A program made the position numbers and the translations under genes. 32,000 nucleotides of DNA from Geobacter metallireducens GS-15. GTDB taxonomy: Bacteria > Desulfobacterota > Desulfuromonadia > Geobacterales > Geobacteraceae. Every line of letters starts with the position of its first letter. Within the stretch, counting starts at the first letter, position 1. A model generated the notes under the pieces. The model was not told the DNA's origin. It saw nothing but the letters and a program-made list of their open reading frames with translations, and ran no database searches. Where the stretch lies: assembly GCF_000012925.1 (NCBI RefSeq), contig NC_007517.1, positions 3,810,001-3,842,000 of the forward strand. Direction: 5' to 3'. Positions 1 to 8,076 of the stretch are shown piece by piece.

Positions 1-1284
1 GCGGTATCTTGATGGTTCCCCAACCAAAAAAGATCGCAGGAGGCTGCCGTTGTCGTATTCCGATGTTATCGCAATTGCGGGAGGGTGGGAAGGATATCGT
101 GTTGCTGGGACACGCACTATCGTCACAGGTGATGCCAAACGGATCGAGGTAGAACTGATTGCCCTGTCCCAGGATGAGATGGTGTGTGGCTCGTGCGGCG
201 GGCGTTGCACAAGCGTCCATGAAACGACCAAGCGCGTAATTCGAGATTTGCCGATTCTCGATGCTCAGACTTATCTGATCGTTCACCGCCGCAGGCTGCT
301 GTGCCCTCAGTGTGGGCCAACGCTGGAGCGTCTGTCATGGCTGGCGAAATACGCCCGCGTGACGCGCAGGCTTGCAGAGAGCGTAGCGCGACTGTGTGGT
401 GTCGTGTCTGTGAAGCACGTGGCGCAGTATCTGGGGCTTTCTTGGGACCAGGTGAAGGAAATCGACAAGCGCTCACTCACAGAGCGGGTCGGCACCGTCG
501 ACCTCTCAAACATCGAAGTTCTCGGGATGGATGAGTTCGCCCTTCACAAGGGGCACCGCTATGCGACGGTTATCATCGAGCCATACCGTAAGGAAGTCTT
601 ATGGATCGGCAAAGGCAGGAGTCGCGAGAGTATCCGTCCTTTCTTCACGCAGCTTGGCCCACATGGCTGTAAACGGCTCAAAGCGGTCGTGATGGATATG
701 AACGCATCATATGAGGAGGAAATCAAGCAGCACTCGCCCCAGGCAGACATAGTCTACGACCTGTTCCATGTGGTGGCGAAGTATGGCAGGGAAGTGATCG
801 ACAGGGTGCGAGTCGATGAGGCAAACCGCCTGAAGGAAGACAAGAAGGCACGGAAGGTAGTCAAAACATCGCGGTGGTTGCTGCTACGAAACAGCGAGAA
901 CGTCAAGGGCGACGACATGCTTCGCCTCCAGGAACTGTTGGAGGCAAACCGCAGCCTCCTTACGGTCTACCTGCTCAAAGACGATCTGAAGCAACTGTGG
1001 AAGTTTACCTGCATTGAAGAGGCGGGACTATTCTGGGAGCAGTGGCACCAAAGGGCGATGGAGAGTGGAATACCGCCACTCATCCTGTTTGCCCGCCGGC
1101 TAAAGGGCTATCTCCAAGGAATCCTCAACCACTGCCTCTGGCCCCTTCACACCGGAATCCTCGAAGGCATCAATAACAAGATCAAGGTGATCAAAAGAAT
1201 GGCCTACGGCTTCCGGGATCACGAATACTTCTTTCTCAAGATCAGAGCCGCTTTCCCCGGAATTCCCGGATGAACCAAAAGAAA
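1..1284 (+). mobile_element. ISL3-family insertion sequence with one transposase gene; termini unresolved and the left end may lie at or beyond the window edge
   Basis: Contains the ISL3 transposase ORF (50-1273). The only candidate terminal inverted repeat is weak: ATCTTGATGGTTC at 6-18 versus GAACCAAAAGAA at 1272-1283, about 10/13. The right end must lie before or within the tRNA-Pro terminator hairpin (1285-1310). Confidence 0.55.
50..1273 (+). CDS. ISL3-family DDE transposase (407 aa, TTG start)
   Basis: N-terminal zinc-ribbon-like CGSCGG...CPQCG. Central MDEFA...VVMDM...YDLFHV. C-terminal [27 protein letters not shown] signature typical of DDE_Tnp_ISL3. AGGAGG RBS at 37-42, 7 nt before TTG. 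Confidence 0.9.
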   Translation: MSYSDVIAIAGGWEGYRVAGTRTIVTGDAKRIEVELIALSQDEMVCGSCGGRCTSVHETTKRVIRDLPILDAQTYLIVHRRRLLCPQCGPTLERLSWLAKYARVTRRLAESVARLCGVVSVKHVAQYLGLSWDQVKEIDKRSLTERVGTVDLSNIEVLGMDEFALHKGHRYATVIIEPYRKEVLWIGKGRSRESIRPFFTQLGPHGCKRLKAVVMDMNASYEEEIKQHSPQADIVYDLFHVVAKYGREVIDRVRVDEANRLKEDKKARKVVKTSRWLLLRNSENVKGDDMLRLQELLEANRSLLTVYLLKDDLKQLWKFTCIEEAGLFWEQWHQRAMESGIPPLILFARRLKGYLQGILNHCLWPLHTGILEGINNKIKVIKRMAYGFRDHEYFFLKIRAAFPGIPG

Positions 1285-1310
1285 GGGGTTGCGGCATCTG
1301 CCGTAACCCC
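1276..1310 (-). terminator. Rho-independent terminator downstream of tRNA-Pro
   Basis: Minus strand reads GGGGTTACGGCA-GA-TGCCGCAACCCC followed by TTTCTTTTGG, 12 nt after the tRNA 3' end. Confidence 0.6.
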
Positions 1311-1322
1311 TTGATCTTTTTA

Positions 1323-1399
1323 TGGTCGGGGCGAGAAGATTCGAACTTCCGACCCCCTGCTCCCGAAGCAGGTGCGCTACCAGGCTGCGCTACGCCCCG
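1323..1399 (-). tRNA. tRNA-Pro (anticodon CGG), CCA encoded
   Basis: Manual cloverleaf on the minus strand: CGGGGCG TA GCGC AGCCTGGTA GCGC A CCTGC TTCGGGA GCAGG GGGTC GGAAG TTCGAAT CTTCT CGCCCCG A CCA. Anticodon loop is TT-CGG-GA. Confidence 0.93.
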
Positions 1400-1414
1400 A
1401 CAAAGAAGGAACTT

Positions 1415-1444
1415 TCTATATCACGCGATGTGGCGTTGTGGCAA
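1415..1444 (-). promoter_or_regulatory. Putative sigma70 promoter for tRNA-Pro
   Basis: Minus strand has TTGCCA (1439-1444), an 18-nt spacer, then TG-n-TATAGA (1415-1420), about 15 nt upstream of the mature tRNA 5' end. Confidence 0.35.
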
Positions 1445-1545
1445 GGTTTTTTTCTGTTTTGTCATGTTTCTCTCACCTTTTCCGCCCCCTCGACATCCAC
1501 CTCAAAATACGCTAATGTCCTTTGCCGACTCTGTTTTTGCCATGC

Positions 1546-1837
1546 AATGACCACCACGGCGAAGAGACACCCCCTCACCCGGCCTTCGGCCACCCTCTCC
1601 CTGAGGGAGAGGGCCGTGGCGAGGGGAGCAGGGGAGAAAACGCCCTGGCTCAAAACCCTCCCCGAGCAGGTCCAGGCGGTCCGGGCCGCTTTGGCCGCGG
1701 CCGGTGGCCCCGCCACCGCCGACACCATCGCCCGCACCCTCCAACGGGCCCGCACCGACAAGGTGGCGGAGTTGCTGGCAACCCTCGCCGCCATCGGCCA
1801 GGCCAGGGAGGTGGAGCCGGGCACCTACAGCGCCTGA
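1546..1837 (+). pseudogene. Orphan C-terminal gene remnant; tail resembles the C-terminus of large N6-adenine DNA methyltransferase / type IIG R-M proteins
   Basis: No SD sequence before the ATG at 1546. The first ~27 codons are encoded by the REP-like palindrome. Only KTPWLKTLPEQVQAVRAALAAAGGPATADTIARTLQRARTDKVAELLATLAAIGQAREVEPGTYSA looks protein-like. The family assignment is from memory only. Confidence 0.3.
1571..1626. repeat. REP-like imperfect palindromic element, copy 1
   Basis: CCCCTCACCC GGCCTTCGGCC ACCCTCTCCC TGA GGGAGAGGG CCGTGGCGAGGGG. Inner hairpin is CCCTCTCCC/GGGAGAGGG; outer arms are CCCCTCACC/GGCGAGGGG. Positions 1571-1602 are 32/32 identical to the reverse complement of 21402-21433. 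Confidence 0.65.
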
Positions 1838-1887
1838 CGAAGCACGCCCCATCCTGAAAAGACGCACGAACGAGGAGGACTCTTGCC

Positions 1888-2655
1888 ATGCCATTCCTGG
1901 ACCTGGGCCGGAACAAACAGATCTACTACGAACTCATCGACGGGGAACCGGACCGCCCCCACCTGGTCTTCATCCATGAGGGGCTGGGGTGCGCGGCCAT
2001 GTGGAAGGGGTTCCCCCACCAGCTCTGCCGGGAAACCGGGTGTCCCGGCCTTCTCTACGACAGTCTCGGCTACGGCAAGTCGTCGCCCCTCGATGGCCCC
2101 ATGAACCTCCATTTTCTCCACCGTTATGCCCTGATCGAGTTGCCGGCCGTTATCGAACAGCTGATCCCGGAGAAGGAGTATGTGCTCATCGGCCACTCGG
2201 ACGGGGGGAGCATCGGCCTCATTGCGGCTGCCGAGAGGCCCCTCCGGCTCAAGGGGCTCATCGCCGAGGCGGCCCATGTATTCGTGGAGGAGAAGACGTT
2301 AGCGGGTATCCGGGCCACTGTGGACGCCTTCAGGGCCGGCAAGCTGCGCGGGCTTTTCCGGTATCACGGAGACAAGACCGAGGAACTCTTCACGGCATGG
2401 TCCGGCGCATGGCTCAGCGACGGCTTCAGGCCGTGGAACATCGAGTATGCCTTGCCCTCAATAGCATGTCCGGTACTGGTTATCCAGGGAACGGAGGACA
2501 ACTACGGAACGGTAGCCCAGGTGGATACGATCATGGCAAAGGTGCCGGATGCCCGGAAGGTGATGATTGAGGGGTGCGGCCATGTGCCGCACTTGGAGAG
2601 GAGCGCTGAGGTTCTGGGGCTGATGGCGGAGTTCGTGGAGCGCCTGCCGGCGTGA
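1888..2655 (+). CDS. Alpha/beta-fold hydrolase (255 aa)
   Basis: HEGLG oxyanion-type motif, nucleophile elbow GHSDGG, C-terminal GCGHVPHLE histidine motif. GAGGAGG RBS upstream of the ATG. Confidence 0.85.
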   Translation: MPFLDLGRNKQIYYELIDGEPDRPHLVFIHEGLGCAAMWKGFPHQLCRETGCPGLLYDSLGYGKSSPLDGPMNLHFLHRYALIELPAVIEQLIPEKEYVLIGHSDGGSIGLIAAAERPLRLKGLIAEAAHVFVEEKTLAGIRATVDAFRAGKLRGLFRYHGDKTEELFTAWSGAWLSDGFRPWNIEYALPSIACPVLVIQGTEDNYGTVAQVDTIMAKVPDARKVMIEGCGHVPHLERSAEVLGLMAEFVERLPA

Positions 2656-2657
2656 GT

Positions 2658-2687
2658 CTGGTCCCTCTTCCCTGAAAGAGGGACCAG
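2658..2687. terminator. 12-bp stem-loop between convergent genes; possible bidirectional terminator
   Basis: CTGGTCCCTCTT (2658-2669), loop CCCTGA, AAGAGGGACCAG (2676-2687). No clear U-tract on either strand. Confidence 0.45.
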
Positions 2688-2706
2688 TGGAACAGATCCC
2701 TTGGGG

Positions 2707-4023
2707 CTATTTGCCGAAAAAGCCCGACATCAGAATCCGGAGCGCGTGCTTCTCGTTCTCGGTGACCCCGGCGAGCCTCCCCATCACCGTTTGGCGGCGT
2801 TCGGCATCGGCCTTGCGCAAGGCGAGGCGCTCGGTCATGGAAAGGGGCCGCTGTCTCAGCACGAAGGCCTGGTCCGCGGCATCCCACCACTCCCGTATCA
2901 TGATCAGCTCGCAGAGGGTAAGGTCGTAACGCAGCTGAAAGATGTCCCGATAGGGGGATGTGAACAGGGAAAAATCTGGCGAAGCGGGCACTTCTCCTCC
3001 CAGGGAACGAAGCCTGTCAGCCAGGGCCGGGTCGGGTGCATAGACAAGGGGCGACAAGGGTTCAAGCCAGCTGAAGGCTGCGAGGTACCGGAGGCCGAGG
3101 GGGACAGCGCCGGACTCCCGGAGCAGGTCGGGGGTCATGTGTGCCATGATGCCCCCCAAGGACGCCATTTTCGCGGCGAGGGGAGTCAGATCAAAGCTGT
3201 ACGCAGCCAAGTATGATTCCAATCCCACCTTCGCATAGAACATGTCGTTGGTTGCTTCGGCGTTGAACTGCATCATGATGAGGTTGTTCAGGTCAGCAAG
3301 GATATTCGGGTCTGAGAGGTCCCGTTCCAGGGCGACAAGCTCTCGAGCCAGCGCCGGCCCACACCAGGCGATACTCTTGGTGTAGGTTTCCGCAAGAGAG
3401 GCTTCGACGCCGAGGGTCGCCAGGGCATCGGGGATTTCCACCAGCAGAACGGTCCGGCCGTGGACCTGATAGACGCTTTTCAGCAGAAGCAGTGATACCA
3501 GCTCGCGGTCCTCAAGGGAGAGGACTTTGGCAAGCGGCGGCCTCAGCAGGGACTTCTCCACTGCCGCTGCCGCCTGGAGAAGGGCCGTATCCACTTCTTC
3601 GGGGTAGATTTTTGACTGTTTCGCAACTTCGATGATGCCTGACAGGAGCCGGTCCATGGTAGCGCCCCGCGCTTCGGCCCCGGCAAGGCCGTCGGCGGCA
3701 CTCGATATCGCAGCGTCGTAGGCTGCCAGCAGGGGCTTCAGGTCGCGGGAAAACCGATGGGCGCGCCTGTGGCCGAGCGCATCGCCAAACGCTTCGGCCC
3801 CGGCATGGATGGCGGGGAGCAGGGCCGTGCGGTGGGAGTCGGAGGGGATGCCGGGTCGGGTGATTAGGGCAAGGAGAAGCTGCTGAAGCGGGTGTTCCTC
3901 TTGCTGCCCTGTATGTCGGGGCTGGTGGGAGCCGAAGGGGTGCTCTCCCCCTTCGGCGCGGCAGGGAGTTGTTGCCGCGAAAAGAGCGGCGAGAAGGACA
4001 ACGGCACAAACGAGTCGACCCAT
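2707..4023 (-). CDS. Exported hypothetical protein (438 aa), largely helical, no domain recognised
   Basis: Sec-type signal peptide MGRLVCAVVLLAALFAATTPCRA/EG. GGAGGG RBS 5 nt before the ATG. Codon usage like its neighbours. No motif I can assign. Confidence 0.75.
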   Translation of the reverse strand: MGRLVCAVVLLAALFAATTPCRAEGGEHPFGSHQPRHTGQQEEHPLQQLLLALITRPGIPSDSHRTALLPAIHAGAEAFGDALGHRRAHRFSRDLKPLLAAYDAAISSAADGLAGAEARGATMDRLLSGIIEVAKQSKIYPEEVDTALLQAAAAVEKSLLRPPLAKVLSLEDRELVSLLLLKSVYQVHGRTVLLVEIPDALATLGVEASLAETYTKSIAWCGPALARELVALERDLSDPNILADLNNLIMMQFNAEATNDMFYAKVGLESYLAAYSFDLTPLAAKMASLGGIMAHMTPDLLRESGAVPLGLRYLAAFSWLEPLSPLVYAPDPALADRLRSLGGEVPASPDFSLFTSPYRDIFQLRYDLTLCELIMIREWWDAADQAFVLRQRPLSMTERLALRKADAERRQTVMGRLAGVTENEKHALRILMSGFFGK

Positions 4024-4053
4024 GGGAACCCTCCAAGAACAGAGATGCCCCGC

Positions 4054-4082
4054 ATCCTAGACATATCGCCTGTACCGGTCAA
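4054..4082 (-). promoter_or_regulatory. Putative sigma70 promoter for the exported-protein gene
   Basis: Minus strand has TTGACC (4077-4082), a 17-nt spacer, then TAGGAT (4054-4059), about 30 nt upstream of the start codon. Confidence 0.4.
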
Positions 4083-4162
4083 TTGTTAAATCAAACCAAT
4101 CTCAATAACCCTGCCCTTCCGCACAACCACACCGTCACATTATTTCCGGAACACGGTCCCCC

Positions 4163-5233
4163 TTACTGGGCCGGCTTCTCGGCCAAATACTGCTCGAACT
4201 GTTTCTTGTCCTGAGCGCAGCGGTAGGCCTCTTCGGCGGTGATCCGCTTGGTCTTGAAGAGGTCCAGGAGGTGCTGGTCCATGAGCTGCATCCCGTCCCG
4301 CTTGGCGGTCTGGATGATGGAGGGGATCTGGAAGGTCTTCCCCTCGCGGATCAGGTTGCCGATGGCCGGGGTGCCGAGCATGATCTCCAGGGCCGCCACC
4401 CGCCCCTTGCCGTCGGCGGTCTTCAGGAGCTGCTGGCAGACGACCCCCTTGAGGGATTCGGAGAGCATGGCCCGGGTCTGCTCCTGCTGGTCGGTGGGGA
4501 AGACGTCGATGATCCGGTCGATGGTCTTGGCCGCCGAGTTGGTGTGCAGCGTCCCGAAGACCAGGTGGCCGGTCTCGGCGGCACTCATGGCGAGGCCGAT
4601 GGTCTCCAGGTCCCGCATCTCCCCCACGAGGATGACGTCGGGGTCTTCCCGCAGGGCTGCCCGCAGGGCAGCGGTGAAGGTCATGGAGTGTTCGCCGATC
4701 TGCCGCTGGTTCAGGAGCGACATCTTGTTCTCGTGGATGAATTCGAGGGGGTCCTCCAGGGTGAGGATGTGCTCCTTGCGGGTTGCGTTGATGAGGTCGA
4801 TCATGGCGGCCAGGGTGGTGGATTTCCCCGAGCCGGTGGGGCCGGTGACGAGCACGAGCCCCTTCTTGAACAGGGTCATGCGCCGGACCCCGTCGGGGAG
4901 GCTGAGATCGTCGGCCGAGAGGATCTTGCTGGGGATGATCCGGAAGACCGCGGCGATCCCCCGGTGGGTCAGCATGTAGTTCCCCCGGAACCGGGCGAGC
5001 CCCGGGATGGCGTAGGCGAAGTCGAGGTCGTGGCGCTCCTCGAAGTCGGCCTTCTGCTTCTCGGTGAGGATCTCGTAGAGGATGGCCTTCAGCTCGTCAT
5101 GGGTGAGAGGCTTGAAGTTCTGGCGGGCCATCTCGCCGTGGAGCCGGAAGATGGGGGGCGCCCCGGAGGAGAGGTGGAGGTCGGAAGCCCCCTGATCCTT
5201 GAGCATTTTAAAGAGTGTGTCGATGCGTGCCAT
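4163..5233 (-). CDS. pilT: Type IV pilus retraction ATPase PilT (356 aa)
   Basis: Walker A GPTGSGKST, Asp box LEDPLEF, Walker B DPDVILVGEMRD, His box TGHLVFGTLHTN, PilT signature AIGNLIREGK. Confidence 0.92.
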   Translation of the reverse strand: MARIDTLFKMLKDQGASDLHLSSGAPPIFRLHGEMARQNFKPLTHDELKAILYEILTEKQKADFEERHDLDFAYAIPGLARFRGNYMLTHRGIAAVFRIIPSKILSADDLSLPDGVRRMTLFKKGLVLVTGPTGSGKSTTLAAMIDLINATRKEHILTLEDPLEFIHENKMSLLNQRQIGEHSMTFTAALRAALREDPDVILVGEMRDLETIGLAMSAAETGHLVFGTLHTNSAAKTIDRIIDVFPTDQQEQTRAMLSESLKGVVCQQLLKTADGKGRVAALEIMLGTPAIGNLIREGKTFQIPSIIQTAKRDGMQLMDQHLLDLFKTKRITAEEAYRCAQDKKQFEQYLAEKPAQ

Positions 5234-5245
5234 GTGGTTTCTCCG

Positions 5246-6868
5246 TCAGCCGAGTAGGGAGGCCATGAAATCCTCCCGGGAGATTACTCCCTGCGCGACC
5301 AGTGACCGTCCGTCCTCGGCGATCCCCCGCCAGCCGTGCTCCCGCAGGTGTCCGAGCACGTCGCCGGCGTCGCGGGCGGACTCGAAGAGCTCCCGCACCC
5401 GCTGGTCGAAGGCGATGATGTCCATGAGGAAGCGGGTACCCGCGTAGCCGGTCTGGCCGCAGGCCGGGCACCCCGCCGACCGGAAGGAGGGCTCCGCCTC
5501 GTTGGGAGGCGACGGCACGGCCGCACGGCAGTCGGGGCAGAGGGTGCGGACCCCGGCACAGACGATGATCCCCCGCAGATGGGCCGGGGTGAGGAGGTGC
5601 CGGTCCCGGAAGGTGATGAGCTGCTGCAGAGCACCGGCCCCGTCGCCGCAGGAGAACCCCGCAACCACGAGGGTCCCCCGCTGGGCGGCCCGGCAGGCGG
5701 CCGCGAAGACCTTGCCGTCGGCCACATCCTCCAGGATCAGGATGTCGGGGTCGTGTTCGAGGGCTGCCATGACCACGGCTCCCACTTCGGTGCCGGCCGG
5801 CACCGGCACCCGGGGAAAGCGCCGCCCCCCCTGGGGCGAGCCGCTCCCCACCATGATGACGGTCTTGCCGGCGGTGTCGCACTCCTGAAGGTACAGCTCC
5901 ATGAGCCGTCCCCGCATCTCCTCTTCCCGGGCGCCCACGACCACCATCCCCCGCCCCGCCGCGGCCAGTTCCGCAAAGCGGGCCGTGGTGGCCTCCGGAA
6001 GCCCCATGTCGGCCACGGAGTCGGGGAAGGAGGCGTCGACCCGCATCCTGAAGGTGAGGTAATCGCCCCCCTCCCCCCGCAGGAGCGCCACCTGGAACGG
6101 GATCATCCGCCCCTTCCACCCGAAGGCGAATGCCCCCTTGGCGGTGAATTCGCCTCCTGCCAGCTTGGCCAGCTTTTTCACCCGCATGACCACCTCGGGG
6201 TAATGGGTGGGGGAGAGCCGCCCCGCTTCGCGTCCGACCCCGCCCCGGCGGCAGACCACCACGATCCCGTCCCCCAGGGGCTGAAGGGAGAGGGAGGAGA
6301 GTTTCTGCTGGACCACGAAGAGGAGGAGGTAATCGACGAACTTCGCGCCGGTCAGGTCGTGGTTGATGGCGCTGAGGACGCTGGCCGGGAAGGCGGCCGA
6401 CTCGAAGCCGAGGATGTCGGTCTCCTCCGGCGGGCCGTAGAAGATCTCCTGCATCTCGCGGATCTCCCGCAGGAGCCCCACCGACACCGATACGGGGCAG
6501 CCGGCAGCCTTCTCCACCGCTGCCAGGGCCGCGGTGTTGAGGGGATCGGCGATGGCGATGCTGATCTCGTCCCCGGTGACGATGAGGGGGATAAGGTTGT
6601 GCTGGCGCGCCAGTGCCGCCGGGATCAGGGCCACGGCCTCTGTGTCCACCATGGTCGGTTTGAGCCGTACGTAGGGGATGTTGAGCTGGTTGGAGAGGGC
6701 CCAGTCGATGTCCTCCTGGGCCACGACCCCCAGTTTCACCAGGGCCTCGCCGAAGCGGCACCCCGTCGTCTGCTGCTCGTCGAGGGCGGCGCGGATATCG
6801 TTCTCGCTGATGATCTGGCACCGGAAGAGTATGTCCCCCAGAGACCCAGGCCGTACGATGCTTTCCAT
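5246..6868 (-). CDS. GspE/PilB/MshE-family protein (540 aa) with MshEN-type N-terminus and no recognisable ATPase catalytic motifs
   Basis: Tandem 24-residue MshEN-like motifs at aa 9-32 and 38-61 (nt 6686-6844). T2SSE_N-like segment at aa ~75-140. CPDC...CPAC tetracysteine and GYAGTR motifs near the C-terminus. The Walker A position reads VVVGAREEEMRGR (nt 5906-5944). I could not recognise Asp-box or His-box sequences. GGGAGG RBS; stop lies 12 nt before the pilT start. Confidence 0.85.
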   Translation of the reverse strand: MESIVRPGSLGDILFRCQIISENDIRAALDEQQTTGCRFGEALVKLGVVAQEDIDWALSNQLNIPYVRLKPTMVDTEAVALIPAALARQHNLIPLIVTGDEISIAIADPLNTAALAAVEKAAGCPVSVSVGLLREIREMQEIFYGPPEETDILGFESAAFPASVLSAINHDLTGAKFVDYLLLFVVQQKLSSLSLQPLGDGIVVVCRRGGVGREAGRLSPTHYPEVVMRVKKLAKLAGGEFTAKGAFAFGWKGRMIPFQVALLRGEGGDYLTFRMRVDASFPDSVADMGLPEATTARFAELAAAGRGMVVVGAREEEMRGRLMELYLQECDTAGKTVIMVGSGSPQGGRRFPRVPVPAGTEVGAVVMAALEHDPDILILEDVADGKVFAAACRAAQRGTLVVAGFSCGDGAGALQQLITFRDRHLLTPAHLRGIIVCAGVRTLCPDCRAAVPSPPNEAEPSFRSAGCPACGQTGYAGTRFLMDIIAFDQRVRELFESARDAGDVLGHLREHGWRGIAEDGRSLVAQGVISREDFMASLLG

Positions 6869-7051
6869 GGTAATCCTCCCTTTTGACTACATCGGTCGGG
6901 TCAGCTCAATTCTTGAGGAATATTTTCGGCTTGCCCCGGTTCTCATCCTTTACACAACAGACGGCCCTGTGCTAGGCTCATGAAAAATTTTCGGTTCCGT
7001 GACCGGCCCCGCGTCTGCTGACGCCCGTCATGGCGCCCCAGGAGCGTTCAC

Positions 7052-8056
7052 ATGAAAAGAAAAGCCCTCGCCCTCCTCTCCGGGGGGCTCGACTCTACCC
7101 TTGCGGTCAAGGTGATGCTTGAGCAGGGGATCGAGGTCGAAGCCCTCAATTTCACCTCCCCCTTCTGTACCTGTACCGGAAAAAACGCGGGATGCAAATC
7201 GGAAGCGATCCGGGTGGCCGAAGAGTTCGGCATCCCCATCAAGGTGATGCACAAGGGTGTCGACTACCTGGAGGTGGTCAGAAAGCCCAAACACGGCTAC
7301 GGCAAGGGGATGAACCCCTGCATCGACTGCCGGATCTTCCTCTTGCGCAAGGCAAAAGAGTACTTAGAAGAAAGCGGCGCCGACTTCGTCATCACCGGCG
7401 AGGTGCTGGGGCAGCGCCCCATGAGCCAGCGCCGCCACACCCTCGACATCATCGAGCGGGAGAGCGGCCTGGCGGGACGGCTCCTGCGCCCCCTGTCGGC
7501 CAAGCACTTCGAACCGACCCTCCCCGAGCAGGAAGGGTGGGTGGACCGGGAGAAGCTCCTGGCCATCCAGGGACGCTCCCGCAAGGAGCAGATGCAGCTG
7601 GCCGAAGAGCTGGACGTGAAGAACTACCCCTGCCCCGCGGGGGGGTGCCTCCTGACCGAGGTCTCCTTTGTCTCCAAGGTGAGGGACGTGTTCGATCACT
7701 CGGACCAGCTGAACCTGCGGGATTTCCGCCTCCTCAAGGTTGCGCGCCACTTCCGGGTCGGCCCCCGCACTAAGGTCCTCATCGGCCGCAACGAAGCGGA
7801 GAACGAGCTCCTCTCCCACAACATCCAGCCGGGAGAGGCGACGCTCCGCTGGCTCGACGGATCGAGCCCCCTGGGGGTCCTCATGGGGGTCGTGGACGAC
7901 GCGCTTCTGGAGACCTCCGCGAAGATACTCCTGCGCTACACCCGGGCCGAAGCGGGGGCTGAGTGCCGGGTGAAAGTGGTGATCGACGACAACGAGCGAA
8001 TTATTGTCGTCCCTAACGAGTTCTCGGACCCGGCCATCGAGAGTTACCGCGTGTAG
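7052..8056 (+). CDS. PP-loop ATP pyrophosphatase, probable tRNA sulfurtransferase (MnmA/ThiI-like, 334 aa)
   Basis: N-terminal SGGLDS PP-loop. Cysteine motifs FCTCTG, NPCIDCRIF, YPCPAGGC. AGGAG RBS. Exact family not resolved by eye. Confidence 0.7.
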   Translation: MKRKALALLSGGLDSTLAVKVMLEQGIEVEALNFTSPFCTCTGKNAGCKSEAIRVAEEFGIPIKVMHKGVDYLEVVRKPKHGYGKGMNPCIDCRIFLLRKAKEYLEESGADFVITGEVLGQRPMSQRRHTLDIIERESGLAGRLLRPLSAKHFEPTLPEQEGWVDREKLLAIQGRSRKEQMQLAEELDVKNYPCPAGGCLLTEVSFVSKVRDVFDHSDQLNLRDFRLLKVARHFRVGPRTKVLIGRNEAENELLSHNIQPGEATLRWLDGSSPLGVLMGVVDDALLETSAKILLRYTRAEAGAECRVKVVIDDNERIIVVPNEFSDPAIESYRV

Positions 8057-8076
8057 AATGAAATCGTTATTAATAA

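Noticed and set aside
1-26. Possible tRNA 3' end on the plus strand (GGTTCCCCAACCA)
   Set aside because: Working back from the CCA gives no T-loop (GTATCTT instead of TTCRANY) and no pairing T-stem. It is treated only as part of the inverted-repeat observation.
1322-1545. Upstream part of the 171-aa ORF 1322-1837
   Set aside because: It overlaps tRNA-Pro and its promoter region on the opposite strand, and its translation is not protein-like.
5208-6886. Very long alternative-frame and antisense ORFs (537 aa minus, 516 aa plus) overlapping the GspE-like gene
   Set aside because: Their translations are Arg/Pro/Gly-rich with no motifs, which is the usual shadow-ORF artefact of high-GC coding DNA. 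The 540-aa frame has clear family motifs and an RBS.
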